Shown one piece after another: positions 1 through 13,063 of a DNA stretch of 64,000 nucleotides. This stretch comes from Klebsormidium nitens (taxonomy: Eukaryota; Plantae; Klebsormidiophyceae): contig DF237469.1 in assembly GCA_000708835.1 (NCBI GenBank), positions 786 through 64,785 of the forward strand, in the 5' to 3' direction. The notes under the pieces were generated by a model. That model was not told the DNA's origin. It searched no databases and saw only the letters and a program-made list of their open reading frames with translations. How positions within the stretch are numbered: position 1 is the stretch's first letter; every line of letters begins with the position of its first letter. Made by a program: the position numbers and the translations under genes.

Positions 1-805
1 CATCTCATTTGTCGATCATTTACTTTGCTTTGCGCACTGGTTGAAGGGCCAAGGTAGAAGGCTCGTTTTCTCCTCTCAATTTGAGTGAGACGTTTGACCG
101 GGTGGCTTGGATTTTTGATGCAGGTCGCCTCGGTTCTGAAAGGTGCTCCATTGTTCATCCGCGTTGCGCGGCAATGTGAAGAGCGGCACACTGTTGGCCT
201 AGCAGGCGTGTGCCGGAGGTTTGGTAATCCAGCGGGGTGGCTGGCCTCCTCCATCTTTCAGTGTACTTTCATGCTGCTTGTTGCGGCGGTACCGGAACCT
301 TGCAGGCGTGCGGAATGTCCGAGTTTCTTCCGGTGTTGATCCGCAAGTTGGTTGCGGCTCCGAAGAAACGGTTGTACTTGTTTGTCCTGCACTGCGCAGG
401 CTTGTACTGGACTTCCCTGTTTCAAAGCTGTGAACAATTCTTTTGTTGTTCATCCGCAAGCTTGCGGCAATAAAAGAAACGGCGCTTGAACATCCTGCAC
501 GGTGCAGGCTGGCATCGGAAATGTCCTTTTGCTGATTGTCCGCAGGTGGTTTGCGGCAGCACGGTACCTGAATATCCTGCGAAGTGCGGGCATGTACTCG
601 GTTTGAAAAGCTCTGAATATTTTGATTCAGGTACTTTTTGGAAGTCCGGGCAGCTTGCGGCAAAGCTGACGTCGCGATATCTTCATGATGAGGCGGCCAA
701 AGCTTGGAAAGGCGTGGGTGTCTGGGTCCAAGCGGCACGTAGTACTCGAAGCATGACCTTCTTGACAATCATTGCAGGTACTCTTGGCCTTGGCGAAGCT
801 CAGAC

Positions 806-1693
806 ATGGAGAACCGGGTGGGGCTCGGGAGTGAGTTCCGGCTTCGTCCGTTTGGTGGAGAAGCTGGACGAGCAGCCCAGGTGTGTCTCCAGGAATGGGA
901 GGATTACAGAATCCTTCATAACTTGTCTGATGCACAGGCTTTGGCTTTTGCACGTTTGATGTGCCAGGGTGATTATGCGAAGACCTGGGCCATGGAGGTG
1001 GCCACGGCCAACCTCTCGTGGCAGGATTTCCGCACCCGTTTTGAGCGAGAGTTCTGTAGCGAGCCTTGGCAAGCCTTGAGCTTAGCTCTTCTTGAGGCGA
1101 AGCAGGGTGACTCCTCTATTGGGGAGTATGCCACTCGGTTGAGGCGGCTCTTCGCGGCGTTGGAAATCCCGGAAACACGGAAGTTGGATCACTTCCGTCG
1201 AGGACTGATTCCAGAGCTACGGCTTAGTGCTTGCTGGCACACAGAATTTGAGAGTGCAGTCGAGCATTTGCAACGCTCGGAGAACGAACGGCACATAGAT
1301 GAGTATCTGGTGGAGCCGAGAGTTTCCCGTGTCCACACCTCCAAGGAGGTGAGCGAAGCGGTGGTAGCGCGGTTGAGCAGGAAAATGGCAGTCGATACTA
1401 ATGTTGATCAACCGGCGGTCAGAGAAGCACCGGAACTATCTTCGCATCTCTGTAGACGGTGCCTTCAGAGAGGTCACGTGCTGCGTGAATGCACGAATGA
1501 GGCCAAGGCCCAATGGAACGAGTGCTGCAGCTTTTATGGCCGCCACCGGCGGAGCTGTCGGAGAAAAAGGACGAGGACTTTAGAAAATTCTGAGGCGGCG
1601 GAAGTACTGGTTTGCGAGCCGCCTGCAGGCGAGGTGAGTCGTCTCTTCGCTCAAGCTTACGAGCATGCGGAGGCGGCCGGTTACTTGTCGTAG
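806..1693 (+). mobile_element. gag: Ty3/gypsy-type retrotransposon Gag ORF (Retrotrans_gag-like capsid region plus CCHC zinc knuckle); no pol found downstream
   Basis: ATG at 806, TAG at 1691-1693, 295 aa, no introns. Capsid-like segment WQDFRTRFEREF...LLEAKQGDSSIGEYATRLRRL...FRRGL. Zinc knuckle CRRCLQRGHVLREC fits C-x2-C-x4-H-x4-C. No protease, RT or integrase motifs seen in 1694-3700. Confidence 0.8.
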
Positions 1694-2536
1694 TAAACTG
1701 TTTAGACCGTGCAGTATCCAAGGATGTCTGCGCGGTGTGTGTTCACAGCTGAGGGGAGTTTTGGTCACGGCCAGATTCCGCACAGCTGCGGATGACTTCA
1801 AATGATGGTTTTGTACTGCTCCGCAAGCGGAGCATGCAGATGCGGAAGGTGATCGAAGTTGTGGCCGGGTCAGCCACTCTGTTGCTAGGGGAAGGGACCA
1901 GACCCTACGGGGTCGATCTCGTAAGAAAACAGGTTTGTGGAATGGTCAGAATGGTGGCCGGAGCAGATTGTGACGGGCCTCGCTTTGGTGTGCTTTCAAA
2001 AACCAGCATAAGGATTGTTTGCCTGTGCTCTTACTCACGAGTCTGACTGCATAAGTTGTGAAGGAGGTGAAACTCCAAATCCATCTGGATAAATGGAAAG
2101 CGCGAGCGAGAGTGTGGGCAAGGTGCTTGGGGTTTGAGAAAGGTAACTGATGATACTTCTAGAAGAACGGGTATCCACGGATGCTTGTCCTCTTTTCGGA
2201 ACGTGGAAATTCCCATTAGTTAGCCTGCTTGGCGTGCCCACCGCCGCAGCTAGGTCTCAAGCAGACGTTGTGAAAGTTGGCAGACCTGAGTCATGCAGTC
2301 ATGCAAGCAGCTTACGAGCTGCGGCTTGTCTTCGAAGTTACTTCAGAACGGAGAAGATTTGCGGATCTTTATTGGAAGTGCTTCTGACGAATCAGATGTG
2401 CATATTTTCCGGCCTGCAAGCATCTACGAAGGTTCGTGAATGGGAAGGACTGTCGTTCCGAGGATCGGAGCACTGTTTGTACGAGCAAACGTGCCAAGAT
2501 GGACGTCAGACAACCAACGGACCGAAGTGCACGGGA

Positions 2537-3454
2537 AGCCCACGGGCTGATTAGCGGAGCTGTCGGAATGCCTACGGGCTGATCCGCTTGATTCTGCCAA
2601 AATTTTGGGAAGCTTACGGGCTGATGTGCGAAAAGGCGGGGAGCCTGGGGCTAAAGTGCAGAATCGCGGGGAACCTACAAATCCGATGTGCGGAAAGGCG
2701 GAAAGCCCACTGGTTGTCGCTTAGAAGCAGCGGACGGCCTACAAGCTCAAGAACGGAGCTGCCGGAAAGCCTACGGGTTGATTGGCAGCTTGACTCCGGA
2801 TGACTTGCAGAAGCATCCAAGCGTGAGTGCGGAAACGCGGAGAATCTCTGCGGCCGGGTTGAGGTGCGGAAAGGTGAGAAGTCTGATGGCTGACGCCTGG
2901 AATTGCAGAAAGCCTACAGGCTGACTTTGCGGGACTTTTGGAGGCCTGCGGGTTCGTGTTTTCATTTGCAAAAATTCGAAGCAGACCTGCGGGTCTCGCT
3001 TTGGAAAGCTTTTGCAGGCTTTTGGCGTTGATTCGATTGCGGCACTAGCTCAAGATTCAGTTGCCGGAATTGTCAAAGTCCTTCAGACCGGCCGCCAGAA
3101 GAAGGTGCCGGGCAGGTGCCTGGGCCCAAATACGGAGCTGACCGTAAGCCTACGGGCTCATCGGTTCTATTCTCGAAGGACTTTGCGAAGAGCCCACGGG
3201 CTATGTGCAGGAAAGCGGTCGGAAAGCCTACGGGCTGATCGCTCAGTGTTCTGAGATAATCTGTGGAAAGCCCACGGGCTGTGTGCAGGAAAGCGGAAGG
3301 CCTACGGGCTGATTGCTCAGTGTTCTGAAATAATCTGCGGAAAGCCCACGGGCTGTGTGCAGGAAAGCCGAAAGCTTACTAGTGACAGGCTGACAACGGA
3401 GTTGGCAAACGGTCTACGGGTGAACGAGAAGCGCGTGAGCACCGCCCACGGGCT
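2537..3454. repeat. Degenerate array of a palindromic core AGCC(C/T)ACGGGCT with variable spacers, including a 74-78 bp higher-order tandem unit
   Basis: Cores near 2537, 2570, 2611, 2768, 2910, 3147, 3191, 3226, 3269, 3299, 3343, 3443, plus weaker ones. Near-identical units at 3191-3268, 3269-3342 and a partial one from 3343. Confidence 0.85.
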
Positions 3455-4897
3455 GGCTGCCACGTGGTGGAACCCACAGGAAAGCAGGAAAGCGGCGAGC
3501 TGCGGAACGGAGGGCTGCGGACGGTCGAGTGTACCTTTTCTCCCTATCAGATCATCGAAGTAAGGCAAGCCTGCTTCGAAGGGAGTTTTTAACGGCACCA
3601 CGTTCGCTCGTCTTTGCAGCGGAGAGCAACAATCTTGCAGGAATCATAGACGCGAGGACGCTTTTTTCAACGGGGAGAGCCGTCACAGCTGTGACGAAAT
3701 GATAAGGGTTAGCCGCAAGAGAAAGGGGCACGCGCGCTTTGGCGCGGCCGCCCCTCTTCGGTAAACCTTGTAAACCTCCGGCCGGCGTCGACGGGCATGC
3801 ATGTAACCTCCGGATAAGGTTGACAGGTCGGCAGTCCCGTCCATAGAGCAATCCGGTCCACAGAGTAGACAGTGTATTGTGAATCCGGACATGACTGAAC
3901 TCTAATTCCAATTGACCCAAGGAAGAGGTGTTAGAGAAGTAAGGCGCCTTTGGATGCATCTTCTTGTCCATGGCCACTCACCAACTACTTAAGCATGAGC
4001 ATGATGCAATATGAGAGGCTCCGCAGAGTGCCGGTGAATACGGCTGATGTGCATGGTGCGGCGCCGGAAGCTCCGCCGGAAGTGTACCCCTTTCTTTAGC
4101 GGAGACCCGCGTTAATTTCGTCACACAGGCAGTGCAGTTGATGTGCAACATTAGGAGGCGGCTGATTGTACAGCAGGCCGGCCTCGCGCGCTGGAGCCAA
4201 ACTTGAACTCCGCATGCGGTATCATGCATTGCAACTCGTCGGATCAGCCGCATGCATGGTAGACTAGCTCCCTATCATAGTATGTACGCGGACATGTTTA
4301 ATCGATTGGGGCACACAACGACTGAAAAAAATCTTCATGGCAAGTCGGAACTTAAAGCTATCGATAAATTACCAACCGTAACGGGACCTGGCACACATGC
4401 ACAGTGCGCAAGTTGCAGCGCCATGTCTGACAGTGAGTCATGAAACAATCTGCTCTGGCGAATGTATAATCTTGACTTTGAGTGGTGCCAACCTGCAAAC
4501 TTCGGAATTTGAGACTCGTAGTCACAAGACCTTAGTAAGGACGTTACAACGCCGTCTTGATGACTGTCAAGAATGTGTGCGAATATATTCAGACCGTCAG
4601 TCTACTAGATTAAATGGAAGTGACCGTCGGGTGGCAATATTTCATTGCCCACATACCTGTCCTTGGTGCCCTACATCAACTGCCGCGTCCGGCGCTAAAC
4701 CCGTTGACTTCCTACCCTAGCTGTAGTTGCTTGACGGTCGCTTCCAAACGTTCTCGTGTTGCAAACCAAGATGGTCACCACCTTCTAATTCCTTTCCTCT
4801 CTATCCACAAGTTCGTTTCCTCCAGTCTACTCATACGCCCCCGAGATTGCGATGCACCCTCGCTCCGGTCTGAGCTTCTCTGCCACGAGGAGGGCAT

Positions 4898-7800
4898 CTA
4901 ACTAGCAGTGCCAGTCTCCGGAGAAGACGCCAACGACGATATCGAATAGAGGGTCATAGGGCGCCGCGGAAGACGGGGCACCTCCGTTTCTTGCAAAAGC
5001 ATGTCCGCGCACTCCAGCATGGTGGGCCGGATGCTGGTGGTTGTGTGGACGCACAGGAGGGCAATCTGCGGTCCGAGAAGCAGGGGATGAGACGGCGCTC
5101 ATGATGTGGAGCTGGTTCAGAGCTGGTGAGGAGCTGGTTAGAGCTGATTTAGGTCTCATGATTTAGGCTGGTTAAGGGCTGGTCACAAACTGGTTCACAG
5201 CTAGGTCCAGTCAAATCTCAGCCGTTGTCGAGAAGAGTCTGTAAGGCAGTTTCAGGTTATCTGTTGGTGACGTGCCAGGACCCGGTTGCGTAGTTGCTAG
5301 GAGGAGATGAAAACGGTGGAAGTCAGATTGCGGACGCGTTCTGTCGGCCAGTTTCCCCATCTCATCGGCCCTAATGAAGCGCAGACTGCTGTTGGGATCG
5401 CTGCTGAAGCGTGTTCGAAGCGCAGGGCCTAAAGTTTTGGCACCGTGGAAGATCCGTCTTTCAACACCTCACAAACGCCGGAGACAGGCAACATTACCAC
5501 CGGTGCAGCCAGAGATCCCTGTCAAAGCAAGAAAAAATTGGAACGTGCCATAAACGACGGTTCCAAGTACACAGGACTTAGGTCCGCTCCCCACCGAAAC
5601 CTGGTTAGCGGGTCCCAAAACCAGCACTTTAATTAGTGGGAAGAAAGGCAACTCAACCCATTCAGATCAATCCTTGGTAAAGTCAGATTTCCTGTTGAGC
5701 TTACCCGGGCCATCCGCTCCATGCTTTCCGCATGCTCCTCTCGTTCCGCCATAGATAATTGTCGGTCAAACAGCATCCTAAGTTCGTTCCGTTCCGCCAG
5801 CGTCCATGCCCATTCCGTCAAATGCACCTGAGAGTTATCGGACGGAAGAGTGTTTCAACATCGTCTATGTCGCAAGCACCCAGATCAGCATAGGTTGCAA
5901 ATAATATGAGAACGGACATGAGGATCTGTTAGTTCGGCTCCGCGCACGGTCGAGATGCGTCCGTCACGGATGGAACGGAACGGCGAAACGGATCGAGATC
6001 AGAGCGGAAGGCTTGCCTGCTCTGGAGGAACGTCCTGAACGGTGGGCCGCCTGCCGGCCACCAACGTTAGCAACACCACCCCAAAGCTGTACACGTCACT
6101 CTTATCCGTCAGCTTTCCGGTAGCCACGTACTCCGGGCTCAGAAAGCCCCACGTACCCGCGACCGCTGCGGAGATCGACGATACCGCGGTCAGATTGTGG
6201 AGATTGAAGGAAATTTTTGACCTACAAAAAGCATTGTTGAATTTAGCCAACAATTGGCGGACGGTTTCGGCAGCAAAGTGACGAAGCAGTGTCCTCCTCT
6301 ACTTCTCGTCCCCTTATCTAGAGGGTCGATGACGGCCAGAACATTGAAAGCCACTGTGAGAGTCTACTTCTCGCAGTAATCAAACAATTTCGGCAGCAGA
6401 ATGAACCGACGGCTCATGTCGAACTCCCTGCATTATGCAGATGCGGAGCCTTTTATTCCGGAGCCTTTCTCGTCAAGACGGCCGTGTGACCCGAGACAAA
6501 ACCTGCCTAGATTCCTGCTGACATGACGCTTCTACCTTGCTTATGCGCGAATGTTTCGTCCTTTGTTCTGTTTCCAAGGGCCTTCACGAACTATTCCGGG
6601 GCGCATTTTCGCACGCAGCCGCGGAAAAGCTGCGCCTACCACTGTTCTTCCAACACATTATGCAATGGCCATAAAGACGGCAAGGCCACTAACCCGTTGT
6701 GACGTGTGTGACGTCCGCGTCCGTTTGTTTCGCAAGGCCGAAGTCGGATAGCTTCGCCTCAAAGTCACGCGTGAGCAGGATATTGCTCGGTTTCACGTCA
6801 CGATGTATGCACTGCGGAACGCAATCCTGGAGCACAGTGAGGAGAGGGACGTGGCTTCAGTTGGCTGATGGAAAGATGGTTATTTGTCTCTTTAGAGTGC
6901 ATCTCCCGCTGATGGCTGGCACTCTCAAAAGGAAGAAGAAGGAGCAACTGATTGCTAGCAATCAAAAGCGACAGACTGAGAAATGCTTCTGAATCACGGC
7001 GATGTACCAAACGTCGGCGGTGGATATTTCAGGACCATTGCACAATAAAAGAGAAGTATCGGACGCAGTAACCCGATTGAAACCAAGATTAGACAGCCCT
7101 CTGGGCTGCAAAGTAACAAGACCGAAGCGAAAGTTAGTGACACCTGTTGCTTTCGATCTAAACAGCGGCCCTTCTTGCCGGTCTCACAAATGAACCTTAA
7201 GCCTGAAACTGCAAAAGATCACTCACATTGTGGAGGTAGATCAGCCCGCGAGCAGTCCCGAGCGCGACCTTCTCGCGAGTCGGCCAGTCCAAGAAGCGCG
7301 ACTCCGAACTTCTGAACGACTGCTGAGTGCCGCCTTGTACAGGGTAAAGATGGTCTTCCAGACTGCCTTGCTCCACGAACTCGTAAACGAGGCTGAAAGG
7401 AAACCACAATTGCGACGGAAGTTAGGTCTTCTTCAGACTGCTGCTCGCCAATGAGACACTCTGTAAGCGAAGCTCAACTCGAACCAAGCTTGGTTAACGG
7501 GAATTTTGATCATAACACCAATCACGTACCGGTTTAGCCACGAGGGTAAGGACCGACGCGATGAGCGTATGCATGACGCAAGGGCGTTCTAGACACGGCG
7601 CCTTACACGCCACAAAGAGCCAGGCTTATACATTGGAAGCGATTACCTGCTTGCATAGGGCCTGATCATTCTTGAACGTAAAACCGAGACGACCAAACGG
7701 GTCTCGATACTGTTGAAGAAGAGTTTGGATGGTCCTGCTTACAATCATCGTCTGGTGATCAGTTTAGCGAGCTAACAAATTCTACAACGCAATGTAGATT

Positions 7801-10800
7801 ACTGCTTTATTCATCTAGGCCCGAGGTTTGCGAATGGGCTCAAACAATTTCACCTGCAGTGAGGCTCCAAGAAGCAGCACCCCTTCAAGAACACCAGGTG
7901 GCGATGCCGGTATCGGGCTAAAGTCGCAATCTCGTTCCACGCTTCCTGTCAAACGGACAAAACCCCCGCTGAAAGAAGAGCAGTTGGGATTCATGAGCGA
8001 AGTCCTGATGGCGGAAGATACGCCCCTCGTCTCCAAATTGTCAAATGTCTGGCCGATCACGCGTCTAAATACGTTTCACTTACTCCAGTCGAGCTGCCGC
8101 CTCTCGGAGAAACGTACGTTCAGGTATACCTATTTGCAACTTTTACTGAGCGCGTAATGCATGCGAAGGGCTGAAATGATGTAACAGTCTCACCTTTGCT
8201 CCATTCTTTCCCGTCTTGATGATAGCAACCTTGATTGCAACCACCTCTCCATTGAGCTCACCAACGTACACTTTTCCGGAAGCCCCACTACCCAAAAGTT
8301 GACTGTCATCGAAGTTTCCCGTCGCCTTCTCTAGTTGCTTCCTGCTGTAGATTTGCAACCGCTGCTGTAAGGCGCGTTTTCTTATTGACGACATGCGGCT
8401 CAGCACTGCCAGCTTGGAGTTGTACTGAACTTTGGTGAGAGGAAAGCGCTTGACAACAACTACCGCTAGGATGACCAGGAGGAGAACCATTATTCCGACA
8501 CCGGACAAGGTTCCCACTAGCCACCACTTGATGCCAGCGCTACTCGGAGAAATGGGAGGCGAAAGCGTCAACGGGGGTGGGAACCGGAAGTAGCAGTTCT
8601 GCCAAGCGGTGATCTCGTCCAGGCTAGACAGTGAGGCTGAGAATTGCAGTGCCAGCATAATTGCGCAGGAGCTGAAGTAGCTCGTGTCATCGGTGTTTGC
8701 GAGTTCGTTGGCGACTTCGCCATATAAAGTCGGCCTGCAGCGGCTGCAATCGCTGGTAGAACGGTTGCATGAGGCGGCGATCCGGTTCATATACCGGCTT
8801 GGAACGCGTTGGTAAGCAGTGGTGTAATTGTAGCAGCCAACGCTGATGAGGGGGGTTGCAGCCGACGCGTGGCCGCATGTATCCAGAACAAAGAGCGAAA
8901 CGCCGTGGGCCAAGAGGGCCTCCTTGAACACCGAGAAGCACACTTGGGCCTCTTCCTGCAAACAAGTGTTAATGGACAATGAGAATGAGAAAGACGGGAT
9001 TTGCGGGTCGCCACTCGGGTCTGCTTGTAGCTGCGCTGCACTCGGTGATTTGCCGACTTTAGGCTCTTACAGGAATAGTTGGCGAGGTCAGAGCGAAAGT
9101 CCTCGCAGCAGGTGACAGCTTCTCAACCTTGGCACATGCAATTGGCCAGAGCTGCCAGTCCATTTGGAGTCAAGCAAGGATCGTCGCTTGCATTTTGCAG
9201 ACTCTCTGCATATGTTCCGATTTTTAGAACCTCAACAGTCTGATTGTACTCACCGGCCGGATGAAGCTACCAATGCTCTCAATTACCAGCTTCTCAGTGG
9301 GCCTTTTTGCCAGACCAATGTAACACGGTAAAGTCAGCTACATGAGTAGAAGGGCAGCTTGCTTACCTGAGGGATCGGACTCCCTGTCTTTTGAAAATAG
9401 AACCCGTTCTGCTGGCCAAACATTCCGATAATGAGGTCGCAACAGCGATCCGGGCGGATCTGGGCCGGGCCACAGCTGAGGGCTATGGAGGTAAAGTTTT
9501 GCGCCTCCCAGTCAAACGCCGTGCATTTGGCTGCCGGTATGATGGGAGTGATGTCAACGGCGTGTAGGCACTGGGAGATCCCGTTGGCCATAGCAACAGG
9601 GTAAGCAGCTGCAGTCATCGCAATCTGGGCCAAACCTGCAAGGCATTAAGGAGGTGCATGTGGATTCTCTCTATGTTGCAACGGTGACACAGGAATGTGA
9701 GCCAGAAAGGTTGAATTGCTGCAGATTCAAAGCTTCTTAGCAGGATCCTACAGGGTCTTAGTCTGGATCAATTTAGCAGATTGCAACCAAAACAACTCTT
9801 ATTGCAATACCATTGCCTCCTGAACATTTATGCCGGCCAAGCTTTCCAAGACTGCATTCCATATGTCAAAAATAATCCTTATCAGTCCTCCTAGTACAAA
9901 CGGGTTCAATACACAAGCAGAAAGGCTAAGGACGTTTTTGTCTGGCAATCTCTAGCTGGCATGGAGGCCAGTGAAGCGCTCTGCCAGGCGACCTTACCTT
10001 GGCATGTTGGTGTGCTGAGTAAAGCAGTGGTGCTGCCCCCAAGAGACAAGATCTTGTTTGTGATCAAAGTGGTGCAGAGGCCACAGTTCCCTTGAGTCGC
10101 AACATAGCAGCTGGCACCCACAGTACCTGGATCAAAGTACCAAATACAGTAAGGCTATAAGAGCCTTTGATGCACTTGCAAAAATTTCACGATTGGCTAA
10201 GCCTGCATTTCCTGACAAAGCCTCTTTGCAAGCATGTCCCTTGCCTGAAATAAGAGGTCAAATCAACCTGCACTCTTGCATAGTTTGAAGAGAGAAGCGG
10301 GAGAAAAGTTTCCGCCGTCCGCAACATCATAAACGCGATGTCTGTTTGGCTTTGTATCCCAAGTAAAGGTCCGTTGCTATGTGCCACGTTCAACAATCTT
10401 CTTGCATGATCTAGGGAGCGCACGGCTGCTCCCGCACATGAGATGGCTGATGCTCCCTTTATGTCATTGTGAGTACTTCAAAAACCTGCAGACATGTATT
10501 TTTGGAAGTGTACTATGTCCTCACCTGGAAAAGTGCGGTTTGTTGCAGACCAAAAGTCGTATACGGTTGTGAGGTTGCTTCCACAAGCCTCGCCTGTCTC
10601 CTCAGAGAGTGTTGCACTGGTAATATTGCAGTTTCCAACATCAGGTACTCCAGCCGCCAACAAGGAAGCCTTGAAATTCTGCAGGTCAGGGCTAGGAGTC
10701 GGCATTTGAGGGTTCAAAGCACTACTTGGTTCTTTGCACACCGTGACTGTGATTTTGCTATCAGACACTGCACTTCTCTGATTTGCCAGGCCCTGTTGTT

Positions 10801-11831
10801 CTCCAGTGCGTCCTGGTAATCCAATATAATAGTTCAAGTTCAAGTATCATGAGCAGGAGAGTTGTAAGCAAGACAGGACCAGATTGGATTTTATTGAACA
10901 TTGAGAACCCCAGCAAATGCTTCGCAATGACAAGCACAGCAGCTGGAGAGCACTACCTTCGGACATACATCCCAGCTCTAAAACTCACAAGAAGAACCAG
11001 TCTAGGATACCCTGACAATGAAACATTTACAAGAGATGGCCTGAAACCATACTCTGATCGTGCTTCCAGCTGACTTCCAGGGCGTCCTTCGATACTGTGG
11101 TGAGGGATGAGGCAGTGTGCAAAACGACTGAGACGGGCCTACCTGGACGCATGCATCTGCTGACGCTTGTGGAAGCAGCAGGCGGCCGGTGTCATTTGCA
11201 TAACGCGTCCTTGCTTGGAACAACGCTGCCCGAATCTGATTACAGCACCTGGTTGGAAGGTCTGCTCCATTCGCGGTGGTGGTTGCCACGCCTAAAGCAC
11301 CAGGAGAGCGTTCTTCTTAGGGCGGTCACATAGCTGGTCAATATCAACACATCATATTAATTGAAGACCTCATTTGCTTCTTGGCAGCAGGCAACACTTA
11401 TGCAACCTCAAGAACCAAGATCACACATCTGAATTCTGAGGTCTTGCCTGGCGACCAGCTCGAAAGAAAACAATAGAAGCTTCGTGATACTTTGATGGAC
11501 CCCGGTCTGTCTTTGCTAAAATTGTTGGCGAAGAAAGGAACATTGTTGAGCCTTCTATTTCAAAGCTGCCACTTCTGGACTCTAAGATTGGACAGAAGCA
11601 GCAGCTCACAAAACAAGCCTTTGAATGCAACAGCCACTTACTGGAAGAGCACGCCGAATCCTTGGCATGCCGGATGTCTGATTGCAAGAAAACCAAGGGG
11701 CAATCTCCACGAGAGATTGCTGGAGGAAGGGGGGCGCCTGGTCGAGGTGCGGTCTCTACATAGTCGGCGACACCTCTTCCTAAGAGACCCACTTGAATCA
11801 GCAGAACATAAAGACAGAGGGTATTGATCAT
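4898..11831 (-). CDS. Receptor-like kinase (RLK/Pelle): signal peptide, two tandem Cys-rich SPARK-like ectodomains, TM helix, RD kinase
   Basis: Phase-consistent exons: 11831-11642 (in-frame upstream ATGs at 11864 and 11885 are alternatives), 11291-11143, 10678-10525, 10126-9998, 9635-9367, 8955-8194, 7945-7854, 7392-7227, 6826-6694, 6165-6017, 5827-5705, 5065-4898. Motifs: CPL..CC..YANDTG ectodomain pattern twice; [26 protein letters not shown]; [61 protein letters not shown]. Confidence 0.9.
5109..5205. repeat. Degenerate short tandem repeat (GAGCTGGTT-like) in the last intron of the RLK gene
   Basis: gagctggttca-gagctggtgag-gagctggtta-gagctgattt...ggctggtt...ggctggtc...actggtt. Confidence 0.6.
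5828..6016 (-). other. GC-AG intron in the RLK kinase domain
   Basis: Donor CAG|GCAAGC at 6016, acceptor CTCTCAG|GTG at 5828. Phase 0 on both sides gives [12 protein letters not shown]. Read-through hits TGA after 4 codons. Confidence 0.8.
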
Positions 11832-13063
11832 GTTTGAAGAGACTCCACTTAGGGGCGCTGTCATTTTAGCCTTTTCTTGATGCATTATGATTAGTGTCTG
11901 CTTGTTATAATTGTCAGGCCTCTGCGCATTTCTCGCTCAAGGTAGTCACGATTGTTGTTGGGACGTGCTATTCGTGCGCAGCTGAGCTTCATCAGCTGTT
12001 CATCCCCTTTAATCTCTTGCAGATTATAATCATCCGGTTCTTGACGCTAATTGAAGTCTAGAAGCGAATATCCTTCCGTCGTAACTTCCGCAGCGTTCAC
12101 CTCTTGTGAATAACCGACGCCGCTGGTGCACAGATCGAATGCAAGTTGCGAAGCAGCAAAGGCTACAAAACTTCATGCAGCGAGGATCTTGTGTGGAAGT
12201 TCCCATCTGCTCTGAGGCTGAAAACTCTAGAGTGCATAATTCACCCTAGAGGGCCCTAGCTTGAACCGCAGTTTTGAAGGGTCACGTTGAAGCAGAAGGA
12301 GCTGCATCATGATCACATGTCATTGAGCATGCACCAGCTGCATTATGCAGATTTATATCGAGGTAGGTACCGGTGCCGGTACCCGACTCGAGATGTGGCC
12401 CGAGCCTGGACTGAAATATATAAGCGGCAGGAATATATTAGCTCCCCAGCTCTAAACCGCACACTAAGCTAGGTGGGTTTAATGATCTTTAATCGTTGGG
12501 GGTTGTGGGGTGCAGATGGGTTTATTTCTTTTTTATCGTTAAGCTAAAACTTCTATCGTTTACAAGTTGGGAGGCTGCATATAAGACTATCCTCTCATAT
12601 TTCATTCTTTAAATCCTGGAAATTTCCCCTCTTCATCAGATCAGACCGTCAGACTTGGCCCTTGGGGGGACCCCTCGTGCGGACGGCAGCTTGTACGCAA
12701 ACCTGTGCCAGTGCCGGGATCGGCCTGGCAAGGCGTCCGAAACCACTGAATCTTGATCTACTCAGGCAGCGGCCCGCGAAGGTGTCCGAATTAGGGTTCT
12801 AAATTGAAGCGAGCCTGCCAGCCCTCGCAAAGAAAAGGGGGTCAGGCACACACCGCCCTCACTAGGAAACGTTGAATGCGTCTTCAAGTTCAACTTCGAG
12901 CCCCTTGCATAGATCCGATCAGTCTTAGCAGGCTACACCTTTGCGAGGACTCTGATGGCGATGTTTACATTAGATATCTTGGCTGTGCCGCTTTCTGCAT
13001 CCTGATATTATTTCAGAAGCACAAAGCTGCCTCCGTGGAGGGGAGGAAAAGAGGGCGGCAACC

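Noticed and set aside
199-768. 189-aa minus-strand ORF
   Set aside because: Starts at TTG, has no recognisable domain, and lies in retroelement-associated sequence.
2537-3454. CRISPR-like repeat/spacer appearance
   Set aside because: Cores are only 12 bp and degenerate, spacers are irregular and partly duplicated, there are no cas genes, and the context is eukaryotic.
3917-3935. Purine run AAGGAAGAGG followed by TGTTA, a possible PPT and 3' LTR start
   Set aside because: No matching 5' LTR or PBS was found in the window, and the tract is short.
10187-10446. Possible extra RLK exon
   Set aside because: Exon 10678-10525 joins directly in phase to 10126-9998, and that join matches the second SPARK unit better.
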